Counted from the first letter of the stretch, positions 24,141-37,165 are shown. The stretch: DNA of 64,000 nucleotides from Mobula hypostoma (GCF_963921235.1 NC_086097.1:194744001-194808000), one strand, 5' to 3'. Notes: generated by a model not told the origin, from the sequence alone. Made by a program: numbers and translations.

Positions 24141-27100
24141 TTACAGGTTAAGTCTATCAGGCGGTCGAGTCCATCGCGGTGACCTACGTAGCACCGGCGG
24201 TGATTACACCGGCGATGGCGGTTATGCTGGCTCCGGCCTGACTTCAGGTGCCAGCACGTTAAGCATCGGTAATCCCTCGTGCGTGTGTGTCGCGCCCGGT
24301 ATGGGAGTGTCGTGTGGTGTCTGTATAGGGTTTGGGGTGCACGGTGTCTCGTAGGTACATACATTGATGGGTACGGGGTCAATAGTCACCACGGAGTGTT
24401 CAGGGTAGGGGCCCGGAGCTCCTGCGGGCGCCAGGTCACGGATGGAGGCCGTGTCCTCCCGTCCATCAGGTTAAACTACGTAGGTATACTGGGGATTCGC
24501 ATGAAGTAAGTGAACCCTCTCGACTATCGGGGAGTATTTATTGCTCCTCGCATGTTTCTGGAGCAGCACTGGCCCCGGGGATGTCAGCCAAGATGGTAGG
24601 GTGGTTCCAGTGGTCGATTTTCTGGGAAAAGAAAAGAGCCGTTCATGAGGGGTGGCATTGATGGCTGTGCATAACAGGGAGCGGATGGAGTGGAGTGCCT
24701 CGGGAAGGACCTCCTGCCAGCGGGAGACCGGCAGTCCCTTTGACCTGAGGGCTAAGAGTGTGGCTTTCCACACCGTGCCATTTTCCTTCTCCACCTGTCC
24801 ATTCCCCCCGGGGATTATAGCTCGTGGCCCTACTGGTTGCAATTCCCCTAGCCAGTAGGTATTGGCGCAGCTCGTCACTCATAAACGAGGACCCTCTGTC
24901 ACTGTGGATATAGCATGGGTATCCGAACAGAGTGAAGAGCTTGCGCAGGGCTTTTATAACTGACGTGGCAGTGGTGTCGGGGCAGGGGATGGCGAAGGGG
25001 AACCGCGAGTACTCGTCAATTACGTTAAGAAAGTACACATTGCGGTCGGTGGAGGGAAGGGGGCCCTTAAAGTCAACACTCAGTCGCACAAAGGGGCGGG
25101 TGGCCTGGATGAGTGGTGCCTTTTCGGGTCGGTAGAAGTGCGGTTTGCACTCTGCGCAGACTTGGCAGTCCCTGGTCATCATCCTGATCTCCTCAAGGGA
25201 GTAAGGCAGGTTCCGTGCTTTCACGAAGTGGAAAAACCGGGTGACTCCCGGGTGGCAAAGGTCTACATGTAGGGCGTATAGCCGGTCAATCTGCGCGCTG
25301 GCACATGTTCCCTGGGATAGGGCATCGGAGGGCTCGTTGAGCTTCCCAGGCCTGTACATGATGTCATAGTTGTAGGTGGAGAGTTCGATTCTCCACCTCA
25401 GAATTTTATCATTTTTGATTTTGCTCCGCAGCTGATTATTAAACATGAATGCGACTGAGCGCTGGTCAGTTAGCAGGGTGAACCTTTTGCCACAAGATAG
25501 TGCCTCCAGTGCCTTATAGCTTCCACTATGGCCTGGGCCTCTTTCTCTACCGCAGAGTGCCGAATTTCAGGGCCTTGAAGGGTACGGGAGAAGAACGCCA
25601 CTGGTCTTCCTGCCTGGTTGAGTGTAGCAGCCAGCGCAAAGTCGGAGGCGTCACTCTCTACTTGGAAGGGAATGGCCTCATTCACCGCATGCATTGCTGC
25701 TTTGGCAATGCCCCTTTTATGCTGTTGAAGGCCGCGTGGGCCTCGGCAGAGAGGGGGAATGTGGTGGACTTGACCAGGGGGCGGGCCTTGTCTGTATAGT
25801 TAGAGACCCATTGGGCGTAATATGAAAAGAAGCCCAGGCACCTTTTGAGGGCTCTGAGGGTGTTGGGAAGAGGGAGTTCCAACAAGGGGCGCATACGGTC
25901 GGGGTCAGGGCCAATGACTCCATTCTCCACGACACACCCAAGGATAGCAAGTCGGGTGGTCCCAAATACACACTTGTCCTTGTTATAGGTGAGGTTGAAA
26001 GATTTGGCCGCTTGGAGAAATTTTTGGAGGTTGTTGTCGTGATCCTGCTGGTCGTGACCGCAGATGGTGATGTTATCCAGATATGGGAACGTGGTCTTCA
26101 GTTGGCACTGGTCCACCATCCGGTCCATTGCCCTCTGGAAGACAGATACACCATTCGTGACACCAAAGGGGACGCGCAGGAATTGATAAAGCCTGCCGTC
26201 CGCCTCGAAGGCAGCGTAAGGGTGGTCCTCCCGGCGGATGGGGAGCTGATGGTAAGCGGATTTTAGGTCTATGGTCGAGTACACCTTGTACTGTGCTATC
26301 TGATTGACCATATCCGCGATGCGGGGTAGAGGGTACGCGTCGAGCTGCGTGAACCTATTGATGGTCTGGCTATAGTCCACGACCATCCTATTCTTCTCCC
26401 CGTTCCGAACAACCACCACCTGCACCCTCCAAGGACTTGTGCTTGCCTCAATGACCCCCTCCCTGAGCAGCCGCTGCACCTCCGACTTAATAAAAGCTCT
26501 GTCCCCCGTGCTGTACCTCCTGCTTTTAGTTGCCACAGGTTTACAGTCGGGGGTCAGGTTGGCGAACAGCGGTGGGGGAGGGATCCTGAGGGTGGAGAGG
26601 CCGCAAGTGGTGTCGGTAGTGTGGCAGTTGGCATGATGTTGGGTGGGATGCGCAGGTCAGTGTGTGTGTGTGTGTGGTCAGTAGCGGGGTACATGACATA
26701 TCTCTACAAAACAGAGGATTTATGACAGTAATTGGCGGGAGGGGCCTATCATACTTCATTGTCACGCTTTTCAGGTGGCTCTGGAAGTCCAACCCCAACA
26801 GCACAGGGGCACACAGTTGAGGCAAGACCAGTAACGTAAAGTCCCGATATTCTGTGCCCTGCACCACTAGTATCGCTACACAACCCCCCCGGATGTCTGT
26901 TGTATGCGACCTGGAGGCCATGGTGACCCTCCGACTTACCGGCCGTATCATGAGTCCACAATGCTGCACCGTGGCCGGGTGGATAAAACTCTCCGTGCTG
27001 CCTGTGTCAAACAGGCAGCTTGTCCTGTGCCCCTCCACCAGGATGTCCATCATTGACCTTGCGAGCTGGTGGGGAGCGCTTTGGTCGAGGGTCACGGAAG

Positions 27101-28081
27101 CCAGGGTGGGGTCGCTGTCTTGGTCCGGCGCGGTGGGGTGGCCCGTGAGCACCCGTTGGTCGTAGGCAGTGGGAGGTGGCGCCAACCAAGATGGCCGCCC
27201 CCATGTCTCGCACGTGGTGGTGGCTTGCAGGGAAGATGGCGGCAGGCAAGATGGCGGCCCCCATGTCTCGCACGTGGTGGCAGTGTGCAGGGAAGATGTC
27301 GACCCCCACGTCTCGCACGCGGCGCTGCTCAATCCCGCTCGCGGTTTAGACTTACAGACCTTGGCGAAGTGGCCCTTCTTTCCGCAGCTGGAGCAGGTAG
27401 CTTGTCGGGCCGGGCAGCGTTTCCGGGGGTGCTTCTCCAGTCCGTAGAAGTAGCACTTTGCGGACTCATGACTGGCGGCAGCCGAGGTCGATTCGCCGGC
27501 AGGTTGCGGGGTCTGCGGCACCCACGAGGCCATTGGGGGATTGCGTGCCTGGAGAGCCTCGGAGTTATGCAGAGCGGCCTCCAATGTATCAGCCAGCTCC
27601 ATCGCCGAATTTAGGGTAAGATCGGCTTTTTCCAGCAGCCACTGGCGCATGTACACTGACCTGGTCCCCGTAACGAAGGCGTCTCTCACTAGGAGTTCTG
27701 CATGTTGCGCCGCCGTCAGCTCCTGGCAATTGCAGGCTCGCACGAGCGTCTGTAGGGCCCAGACAAACTCAGCACACTCGATTCCCCGGACTGTTGTTGC
27801 CGTGTCGCTAAGCTGTGCTGAGCATAGACGCTGTTTATCGGCCACAGGTATTGTCTTTTGAGTGCGTTCATCACGCCGTCGTAGTTCGGCTGGTCTCTGA
27901 TCAGCGAATAAACCCGTGGACTGACCCTGGAGAGTAGAACTCTGCGCTTCACTACGGGGTCGGTTGCTTTAATCTCCTCTAGATACGCTTCAAAGCAGGC
28001 CAGCCAGAGTTTGAAAGCATTTCCAGCGTAAGGCATTTGAGGATGGAGGTCTAATTTTTCTGGTCTCAGGACCTGTTCCAT
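24141..28081 (-). pseudogene. gag-pol (zinc knuckles, protease, RT, RNase H, integrase)
   Basis: ATG 28081; CYFYGLEKH..C, CSSCGKKGHFAKVC; LFDTGS; IDLKSAYHQ; PFGVTNG; YLDN; ESDASD; HPG..CQVC; SVDFKGP; HSDRG; NGQVE. Confidence 0.92.
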
Positions 28082-28107
28082 GTTTTAAAATGTACAGCGA
28101 ATAAAAT

Positions 28108-28337
28108 TGAAGCACCTTCAATTACTCCAAAAGACTGAGGTTTGGTAAAAATACTGAAAGGCTTTTATTCGCTGTACAATACGACCTCCACAGTGAGTGT
28201 CTGCCCCCGGACTGAGGGGGAGAGGCAAGGCGAACACCTTTATACAGGACTCTGTGGGAGGAGCCACAGGGGCAGTCAGCAGAGGGGTGTGTCCAGACAG
28301 GTAACCGAGTTACAACATATATACATGGTTTACCATA
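28108..28337 (-). repeat. 5' LTR with TATAAA (28239-28244), Inr-like TCAGT (28211-28215) and AATAAA (28164-28169)
   Basis: Direct repeat of the 3' LTR; motif spacing TATA to Inr A is 31 nt. Confidence 0.9.
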
Positions 28338-30329
28338 GTATGGCATTCCACCTAGTCGGCCTGTCCACATACTGTGACAGGAATCCATCCTGAACACACT
28401 TAACAAACTCTGCCCCATCTAAACTCTTGGAACTAATCAGGTGCCAATCAATATTAGGGAAGATAAAGTCACCCATAATAACAACCCTGTTATTTTTGCA
28501 CCTTTCCAAAATCTGCCTCCCAATCTGCTCCTCTGTATCTCTGCTGCTACCAGGGGGCCTATAGACTACCCCCAGTAGAGTAACTGCTCCCTTCCTGTTC
28601 CTGACTTCCACCCATAATGACTCAAAAGAGGTTCTTGCTGCATTACCCACCCTTTCTGTAGCTGTAATAGTATCCCTGACTAGTAATGCACCCCTCCTCC
28701 CCTTTTTCTGCCCTCTCTATCCCTTTTAAAGCACTGAAATCCAGGAATATTGAGAATCCATTCCTGCCAGCCAAGTCTCTGTAATGGTCACTACATCATA
28801 ATTCCATGTATGTATCCAAGCTCTCAGTTCATCACCTTTGTTCCTGATGCTTCTTGCATTGAAGTACACACACCTCAGCCCTTCTACCTTACTGTCTTTA
28901 CACCATTTATTCTGCTTCTCTTTCCTCAAAGCCTCTCTATATGTTAGATCTGGCTTTACTCCATGCATTTTTTTCACTGTTCTATCGGACTGGGTCCCAT
29001 CCCTCTTGCAAATTAGTTTAAACCCTCCCAAACCATGCCAGCGAACCTACCTGCAAGGATATTGCTCCTCCTCGAGTTCAGGTGCAACTCATCCAATCTG
29101 TACGGGTCCCACCTTCCCCTGAAGAGATCCCAATGATCCAAAAATCTAAAACACTGCCCCCTACACCAACTCCTCAGCCACGCATTCAACTGCTTCTCCT
29201 CCAATTCTTGCCATCACTGTCACGCAGTACTGGCAGCAATCCTGAGAAAGCCACCCTTGAGGTTCTGTTCTTCAGCCTTCTTCCTAGTTCCCGAAACTCA
29301 CTCTTCAGGACCTCATCCCTCTTCCTGCCTATGTCGTTGGTCCCTACATGTATCACGACTTCTGGTTGCTTTCCCTCTCGTACCAGGATGTCGTGCACCC
29401 GGTCAGAGACATCCCGGACACTGGCACCCGGGAGGCAACAAACCATGCGGGTGTGCTTCTCACGTCCACAATTAAACACAATTTAATTGTGTCATTTATT
29501 GTATTTGGTGTTCTTGGTGCACCTCCCCTAATCTGTGAGAGCTGACACATATTAGAGGATTGCTTTGTCAAGCATCTTCACTCCATCCACTTTAACAACA
29601 GCATCTTGACGTAAGTGTTTGCATTGATGCTGCTGCCTGATCTGCTGTTGTTTTTTGCTTTAGATTGCAGAAGCTGCAGTTTATTGTGTCTCTAAACCAT
29701 ATATATTGGGGGTTAAAATTACCCACATTTCTATTTTGGGCCCCTGTCAAGTCATCCGGCACCAGTTTGCAAATCTTACAGTTGACACCTATCCACTTAA
29801 TGAGGCCCAAGGTGTAAGGCATGAAAGAACGAGCCCTACCCATTGTAACTCTTTGGTTTCCAAGCTCCCACTATTGTGAAAAGTGAAATTTGATAAGGAA
29901 GTGAACTTGTGAATGGTCTGGCATGGTGGAAGAAGATCAGGGGAAAAATATAGTGAGCGAGAGGTTCACAGATTGTGGAGAGGAGGGTGCTTAGTGTGAG
30001 AATTGGGTGGGGTCTGTGAACACATTGCCAGCAACGTGAGAGACTGAAGTCACTATGAGCAGAAATAAACAATTAAACAAGACTCAACCTGAAAGAAAAT
30101 TGATGCCTTGAACTCACTGGTCATGACCAGAGAGACTCAGGTCTTTGGTGAGCATTATTTGCAAATAACATTTGCATGTCAATTATTCTCAACCATTTCC
30201 CAGCCCTGGTTCCGATAAGGTAGCTACATACAGTAGAATAAGGTATTCTTCTTCTTTTGTAAACAGAACTAACGCTTTTCCATCTTCATTGGTATTTATC
30301 TATAGCTTGTATCATTAAAAGTCATCTGG

Positions 30330-30490
30330 ACAAGTACATGGATAGGAAAGGTTGAGAGGGATAGGAAAGGTTTAGAGGGATATGGGGCAAAGGTGGGAAA
30401 CCCCTGCTAGCTCAGCTAGGCTCCTTCGTCAGCATAGATGAGTTGGGCTGAAGGGCCTGTTTCTGTGCTGTATTATTCTATGACTGTGTC
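30330..30490 (+). mobile_element. CR1 3' end fragment
   Basis: Matches the CR1 3' UTR (ttgggctgaagggcctgtttctgtgctgta) seen in other copies. Confidence 0.7.
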
Positions 30491-31277
30491 TCTAAAGGTT
30501 TGGTATTGAAATACAAAGTATGTCATCAAGATATAATTAACAGTCTTGCCAGATGGTAAATTGGGTCACTGCTGGCAGTAACACACTAACCAAATTACTC
30601 TCACTTATAGCTCTCCTTACACCAAGACATGATGCAGATAGAATTATGTGCAATTGTATCTAAATTTTATGCTTCAGATATAAAAAAATACCATGGACCT
30701 AGAGCCTTTCGGGTCATTGTATTGAATGCCATTACTGAACGAAAGCTAACACACAGCTAAGAACATAAATATTGAGAGAACTCCATAAATATACCATGTG
30801 ATTGTTACTGGGTCAAATATTAGAACACCTAACTTCAAATCACTGGGATTTCAGCAGCTCAAGTCTTCAATGTCATCTTATAGGGGAACCGAAAATAGGC
30901 AATAAATATATCGCTCACATCCTGTGAACAAATAAATTAAGCACAAGCTAAAGGTCAAAACTGGCAATTTCTTAGTCTGCAAGCCTTAAGCACTCACTAG
31001 GTAAATTAAATCACCAGCCACTTTCCCAAAATTGTTTTTATTTTTATTTTACAAAAGAATTTCTGTTAACATTAGTTTTTACAAGAAACGCCTAGATATA
31101 TTTTTTCCTATGAAAGAAACCATGTTCCAATCTTATTGCAGAAGAGTCAAACTGATGAAGAAGGAAGCATTAGAAATTACACATTTGCAAAATAGATCTG
31201 ATCTTAATTTTCAAATTGCAATCTATATCTTATACTTTTGATCATTTGCCTTAATATCTCATTATGTGGGTTGGTGT

Positions 31278-32060
31278 CAATGTTCTCTCAAAGGTGTATG
31301 CGTGTGCATGTGTACACATCTTTTGCCACAAGTACACAAAGGAATTTAAACTGCACACAAAAGGTTGTCACCCTCTATCTACCTCGTTGGCATGTTAAAT
31401 ATCTTTCACGATCGCACACAATCACATTTCCTTTTCCGGTTTCAGATGCGGAAGGTGTTGACAATGAAAAGTTTGCAATGATTTGTCTCAAGATTTTAAA
31501 AATGGCTTTTATTGAAGAAATTATTGATTCACTTTGCTCAATTCCAAAGAAGCAAAGGGCTTGAAGCACAAAAGATCTGCCAGTTCATTTAAAGTGGGAT
31601 AGCTTAATGAAACAGTAGAAACTGCGAAACTGAAAGCTCATGAGGTCAGGAATGTGCACCTACAAGAAATATTTATGTGCAATACAGAAACTGGTGTTAC
31701 CTGCATGTATTGTCATGATGCAAAAGTTGCTGGAGAATTTGTAAGTGGGAAGACGTGGAGTGATATTTGGAAATTCATCTTTTTCAAGTGTCATTTAGCA
31801 AGCAGACAGTGTGTAAAACCACCAGCGAGGAAATCCTATATTACCTGCTACAGACCTGCTACATATGTTTTGTGAAAATGAATATGAACAACAGTGAAAA
31901 CGATCAAACCCAGAGGAGATCAAAGTTCTTATTGATAGTGTTTTGCTATCTGTTAAAATGAATACCTCTATATAAAATTCAGTGCGCTCAGATTGCTGTC
32001 ATTGGGCAAAAAATTGCACAGTGCAAGTTTTTTGAGCACACTAGTCGTTACAAATTGGTT
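31278..32060 (+). mobile_element. hAT-type DNA transposon remnant with TTF-like zinc finger
   Basis: caatgttctctc TIR-like start; CMYCHDAKVAGEFVSGKTW..KCHLAS; right TIR not found. Confidence 0.5.
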
Positions 32061-32984
32061 GCTGTCAATAATTTATGATGTATTCTACTAGTTTTAAACC
32101 TTATATAAATGTAACTAGTTGTAATAGTTATGCCTAACATTCCCAATATTTCTCAATCAAGTATCTTGGCTTATCAGCCCATCTTGAATTTCCTGTACAT
32201 CTCATGTATTGTTTAAGATCGTAGCTAGCAGCTAAAAAAAACCTATCACTCTTGAAATAATTTATGAAATAGCCATTTGAAAGCAGCTGAAAGTAATTTA
32301 AGATTAAGAATGAGGTAAGCATCAGACTATGAGAAGTCCATGATTTGTCTGTATAAAAGTGAAATATCTCTGTGACTTTCTACAACAGAAAACATGCATG
32401 TCAAATTTATGAACTCATTTCTTTCAGAATTTTCTCCAGCTGCTCCCTATTGTTATTGCACCAAATTAAAAAAAATGCCTTTGACAAATTCAATAGTCTA
32501 AGTTGGTTGTCTGTGCTTTCTCTCACTTTGCATTTCTCCATCTTCATGCATCGTTTGGTGTACTTTCATTCATAACAAATAATAAGTGCACCTGAGGAGT
32601 ATTGGATGGGAAAAATTAGCCCAAGTTACAAAGACTTTCGATCCAAACTGTTCATTGTGTCCCCCTAAGCCTTTGCTTACATAGATTAGAGATCAGATAC
32701 TCTCAAGAATTTAAAGATGGCTGTAATTTATATTTTCTACAAGGATAGAGTTGTCATTAACTATTCGTTAGGCAAGTCCCAAATAAAAATCCATCATGCT
32801 TTTTTCCTCAAATTAATTCTGTGTGGCAATTCTCAAGTAATAAAAATAAATGGAACTGAAACTCTAAATTCTGTTTGTCATCAAAAAATCAGAATGTACT
32901 ATCATTCAGCTTCTAAGATGTTTTCTGCAAATCGTTATTTCACATTTATATATACAGAGAACCTTACATTCATATAATTCATTT

Positions 32985-33350
32985 CTCAGAATTCCTCAAA
33001 ATGTTTTCCAGCCATCACAGAATTTTGAAATGTAGGTATTATTGCAATTATAGAGAAAAGGAGCAACCAAAAAAATTACTTGCAAATAAAAATGAGATAA
33101 TCTATTTTAGTGATGATGATTGACGGATAAGTATTGTCAAGGGGAGAGCAGTTTAGTCTTCTAAAAATAGTGCAGTGGGATAATTCATTCTATTCTGAGA
33201 AAATATTAAAACTACAGCTTAGCATCAAAGAGACATCATGTGTAGCCCAGAACTCTTTCATAACAGCGCTGTCGAATTATGTGTTTATATCTCTAGGCAT
33301 GGCTTGAACTCTTACCCTTCTTACGCAGAGGTGAAAAATCAACCACCAAG
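32985..33350 (-). mobile_element. Ancient Deu-domain SINE (SacSINE1/AmnSINE1-like), decayed
   Basis: Minus strand resembles the remembered consensus (cctctgcgtaagaagggtaagagttcaagcc head; cccactgcactatttt; catcactaaaatagattatc; cctacatttcaaaa); not aligned computationally. Confidence 0.6.
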
Positions 33351-34169
33351 TCAATTCTAACTTTCATTTGTATACAAAACTATATCAAATGCCAATATAA
33401 TGCAATAATCCGCAATCAGCCATTTTTTGGGAGACTGTATTTCAAACTTGTGAATCTTCTCAGCTGGGAATATCTTAAATTTATAAAGAGGCAAATGGCT
33501 GGATTTTCCTCCACCATACCTCTTGAAATTATGTGACAGAGTGGAGAAAAATGAGAATGCTATGCCTAATATTCTCCTAACCTGGAAGGTTCTCCACCCA
33601 TCCTCATTGTCAATCTTTACTAATTAAGAACATCCTTTTGTGAAAGACTTTAGCTATAGTATACCAATACAAGTTCTTCCCTTGTGTAAACATGAATCAG
33701 ATATTTATTAAAAAGACCATGGAAATTGCAGGTTGGTATATTCTATGCATCTACCCATCTTTGTTGTAGTTTTGGGAATTCACATATTTGTTGAACTAAA
33801 TTAGGGTAGGTTTAAAATTTATCTTGTATAATGAATAATTAATGATGCATGAGTATCTTTTAGCTGCTATGTTGAATTAGTGCCAGCTTTATATCTTGAT
33901 AGTGATATCTAAAATACTTGTCCGCAAATGGGAACAATGGCCATCGGGAATATAACCATCAAATTAAGACATATTGTAGTAATACTATCATATTAGAAAA
34001 AGAGTAATAGAGAGATACAACATAGAATCAAGCCTTTCAATCCACCTAGCTGCACAGACCACCAAGCACCCATTTTTATGATCATTCTGACCTCACCTAT
34101 TCTATTCTACCCTGAATTTTTTGCCAACTAACAATTAGAGTCTATTTCATTACAGTGAAGTAAAATTAA

Positions 34170-34473
34170 AAAAAAACAGAACTACAGCTGTTTGAAGATT
34201 TCAGGTTGATATCCCTTCATTAAAGCTAGAAAAGTGAGAAAAAAAAAGAATGTTTTATGTGGCTGAAGCTGAAGGGGTGGGATGTATAAATGTCTGTGAT
34301 AGGTTGAAGATCAAGGTTGTCTGGTTGTCCAGGTAACCAAAGTGCTTTCAGTGTCATGTCAGTGAAAGAAATGACTGTTTGTAAATGTTCTTTCTCGAGG
34401 AGTGAAAATAAAGGAAGGGGGAAGACAGAAATGGAGGTAGTATGGAGGTAGTGGGAGGGTAGGGATGGGGGAT

Positions 34474-34510
<37 letters not shown>

Positions 34511-35090
34511 AGGGAAAGAGAGAATGGGAGAGTATGATTAGATGTTCTTACACGAGATTTAACCCGTTCTGACACAAGCAGGGAAGGTTAGTTATCTGAA
34601 ATTGTTTGATTCAAAATTAGTCCCATGGTTGTCTGCAAAGCTGTCACTCAATCTGTGATTGACTTCCCTGATTTAAAGAAGATCACTTCATGAGTATCAA
34701 ATGCAAAAAAGCACAATGGAAAAAATGCAAATGAATTCTGTTTGGGTCTTTGGATAGTGGGAAGGGAAAGGTAATCTGCAGATGCATGGGAAGGTATTAT
34801 GATGAGTGAATAGCAGAAGCAGAGCAGCAAATCAAGGAGTCACAGAGTGAAAAGTCTTTTTGAAGTGCTGGAAAGAGAATGGAGGGTAAAATGTGTCTGG
34901 TTGTGGAACTTTGCATAATGGTGACAGAAATTATGGAAGATGGTCCACTGAATGTGAAGGGTTACGGAGTAGAAAGTGAGGAAAGGGAATCCTATTCTTC
35001 ATCTGGCTGGCAATAGAGGGTTTGATAGCAGGAGTGCAGGAAATTTGAAGATGTATTTTTCAATTATTCAAAAGCAGAAGTGAGGAACAA
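34170..35090 (-). mobile_element. Very old Penelope-like remnant
   Basis: Purine-rich tract and blocks resembling 44520-45331 (gttatctgaaattg, degenerate terminus atcccttcat). Confidence 0.4.
34478..34504. repeat. (GA)n microsatellite
   Basis: Directly visible. Confidence 0.9.
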
Positions 35091-35237
35091 ATATGACAAT
35101 CCTAACTGCTGTGGTAACAGTGTAAGGCTTGAGCTGGTGTGGTACAGCAAGATAGAGTTTTCCAGCATTTTGACACACTTGTAAGGATGTAAATACAAGT
35201 TAAGATCACAGGTGTCGTCATATAATTTCTTCTCCTC

Positions 35238-35520
35238 GCAGTAGTGGTACCTTGTTTATGAATCAGAAAGTTCTAATTCAAATCACACTCTAACATTTTA
35301 AGTATAAACCTAGTCTGAAATTCCAATGCAGCCTGAGGGAATGTTATGTTGTTTGTTGATTGAGATGCTGAATGCACGATTGTGACTTCCCAAGTGGATG
35401 TGGAAGGTCCCAACGTGCTCTTTTGAAATAGCCTCACCTATCTTTATCATATGAACTGTGTAAAGCATTAGGATACCTTAAGGTTGTGAAGAGTGCTTGA
35501 TGAAGCTAAACCTTTCTATC
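35238..35520 (+). mobile_element. Ancient Deu-domain SINE, decayed and internally deleted
   Basis: gaatcagaaagttctaattcaaatcacact, caatgcagcctgagggaatg, caagtggatgtggaaggtccca, tgtaaagcattaggatacc blocks. Confidence 0.55.
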
Positions 35521-36189
35521 TTTTAACTGCTTCTCATTCGTGAGCATTATGGGCTCTGACATACCAAAAAGCAAAAAAGCAAGATGATAATTAACTCAGT
35601 GTATTTTGTGGAAGGAACATACTGCAGCAATACTATGCCAAATGCCTCATATTCACCTCTGGTTGGTAGGCCTAAAAATACTTTTGAGCAGTGTTAATGC
35701 ATTGTACTCTCAGAAATTCAATCCATTGAAGTAGTGTACCCAATGGAACTGTTGAAATCTTGCCTGGTTTTGTAGAGTATTGCATAATTCACAGACTTGG
35801 AGCATCAAGACAACATTGCTGTTTATTTCAGCAAATGACTCACAAAAGAACTGGCATACTGAGTACATGATTATAGAAAATAACAGTCTGATAGCTTCTT
35901 AAGCTAATAGCAACTCCAGTATTCATGAATTAGCAGTTGCACTTCATACTGATACAGATGAACAACAAGCTAATATCTGTAGTTTATCTGTATTACACCA
36001 CATGAATGAATTTCAGAAATAGGATGCTAGGTGCTAATGCTAATACAGAGAACATTTACCACTGTCAAATGGAAATAATTTTCAAGACAATCAAATTCAA
36101 TGGCAGCGTCACTCATTATATAGATTGCTTTGTCCTTGATGATTCTAAGACAGCTAATTGTCACTGTGTTTGCACTGTGCTATGTTTAA

Positions 36190-37165
36190 AGACCATAAGA
36201 CCATAAGATAGAAGAGCAGAAGTAGTCCATTCGGCCCATCAAATCTGCTCTGCCATTTAATCATGGGCTGATCCAATTCTTCCAATCATGCCCAGCCCCT
36301 TGCCTTCTCCTCATACCCATTGATGCCCTGGCTAATCAAGAACCTATCTATCAGTGCCTTAAATGCACCCAATGACTTGACCTCCACAGCTGTTTGTGGC
36401 AACAAATTCCACAGATTTACCACCCTCTGACTAAAGTAATTTCTCCGTATCTCTGTTCTAAATGGACATCTTTCAATCCTGAAGTTGTGCCCTCTTGTCC
36501 TAGACTCCCTTACGATGGGAAATAACTTTGCCATATCTAACCTGTTCAGGCCTTTCAGCTTTGGGAATGTTTCTATGAGATCCCCCCTCATTCTCCCGAA
36601 CTGTAGGGAGCTGCCAGACATTCCTCATACGGTAATACTTTCATTCCTGGAATCATTCTCGTGAATCTTCTCTGAACTCTCTCTAATGTCAGTATATCCT
36701 TTCTAAAATAAGGAGCCCAAAACTGCACACAATACTCGAAATATGATCTCACGAGTGCCTTATTGAGCCTCAATATCACATCCCTGCTCTTATATTCAAT
36801 ACCTCTAGAAATGAAAGCCAACATTCCATTCGCCTTCTGCCCCACCAACTCAACCTGGAAGTTAACCTTCAGGGTATCGTGCACAAGGACTCCCAAGTCC
36901 TTTTGCATCTTTGCATTTTGAGTTCTGTCCTCAACATTTATGTCTTTCACCAAAGTGCATGACCATACACTTTCCAGCATTGTATTTCATTTGCCACTTC
37001 TTTGCCTATTCCCCTAAACTAGCTAAGTCTCTCTGCAGGCTCTCTGTTTCCTCAACACCACCTGCTCCTCCACCTATCTTTGTATCATCAGCAAATTTAG
37101 CCACAAATCCATTAATCCATTAGTCCAAATCATTGACATACAATTAATCCCATAGTCCAAATCCA
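36190..37165 (-). mobile_element. CR1 3' fragment
   Basis: (accataag) tail; EYCVQFWAPY..LERVQRRFTRMIP; RGDLIETF. Confidence 0.9.

Larger units (their letters stand above)
23840..28337 (-). mobile_element. Full-length Gypsy LTR retrotransposon (non-chromoviral, YLDN RT), inactivated by frameshifts
   Basis: LTRs 28108-28337 (5') and 23840-24068 (3'), about 6 differences; TSD GTATG at 23835-23839 and 28338-28342; polypurine tract aaaaaaaaggaggggtgaa next to the 3' LTR. Confidence 0.95.
21535..29470 (-). mobile_element. CR1 LINE (ORF1 esterase fragment, EN, RT, 3' tail), interrupted by a Gypsy
   Basis: (atagaat)-type tail at 21535; [49 protein letters not shown] motifs. Confidence 0.92.

Noticed and set aside
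24171..24218. Imperfect inverted repeat ccatcgcggtg/caccggcgatgg
   Set aside because: Short, GC-rich and inside the low-complexity integrase tail; likely incidental
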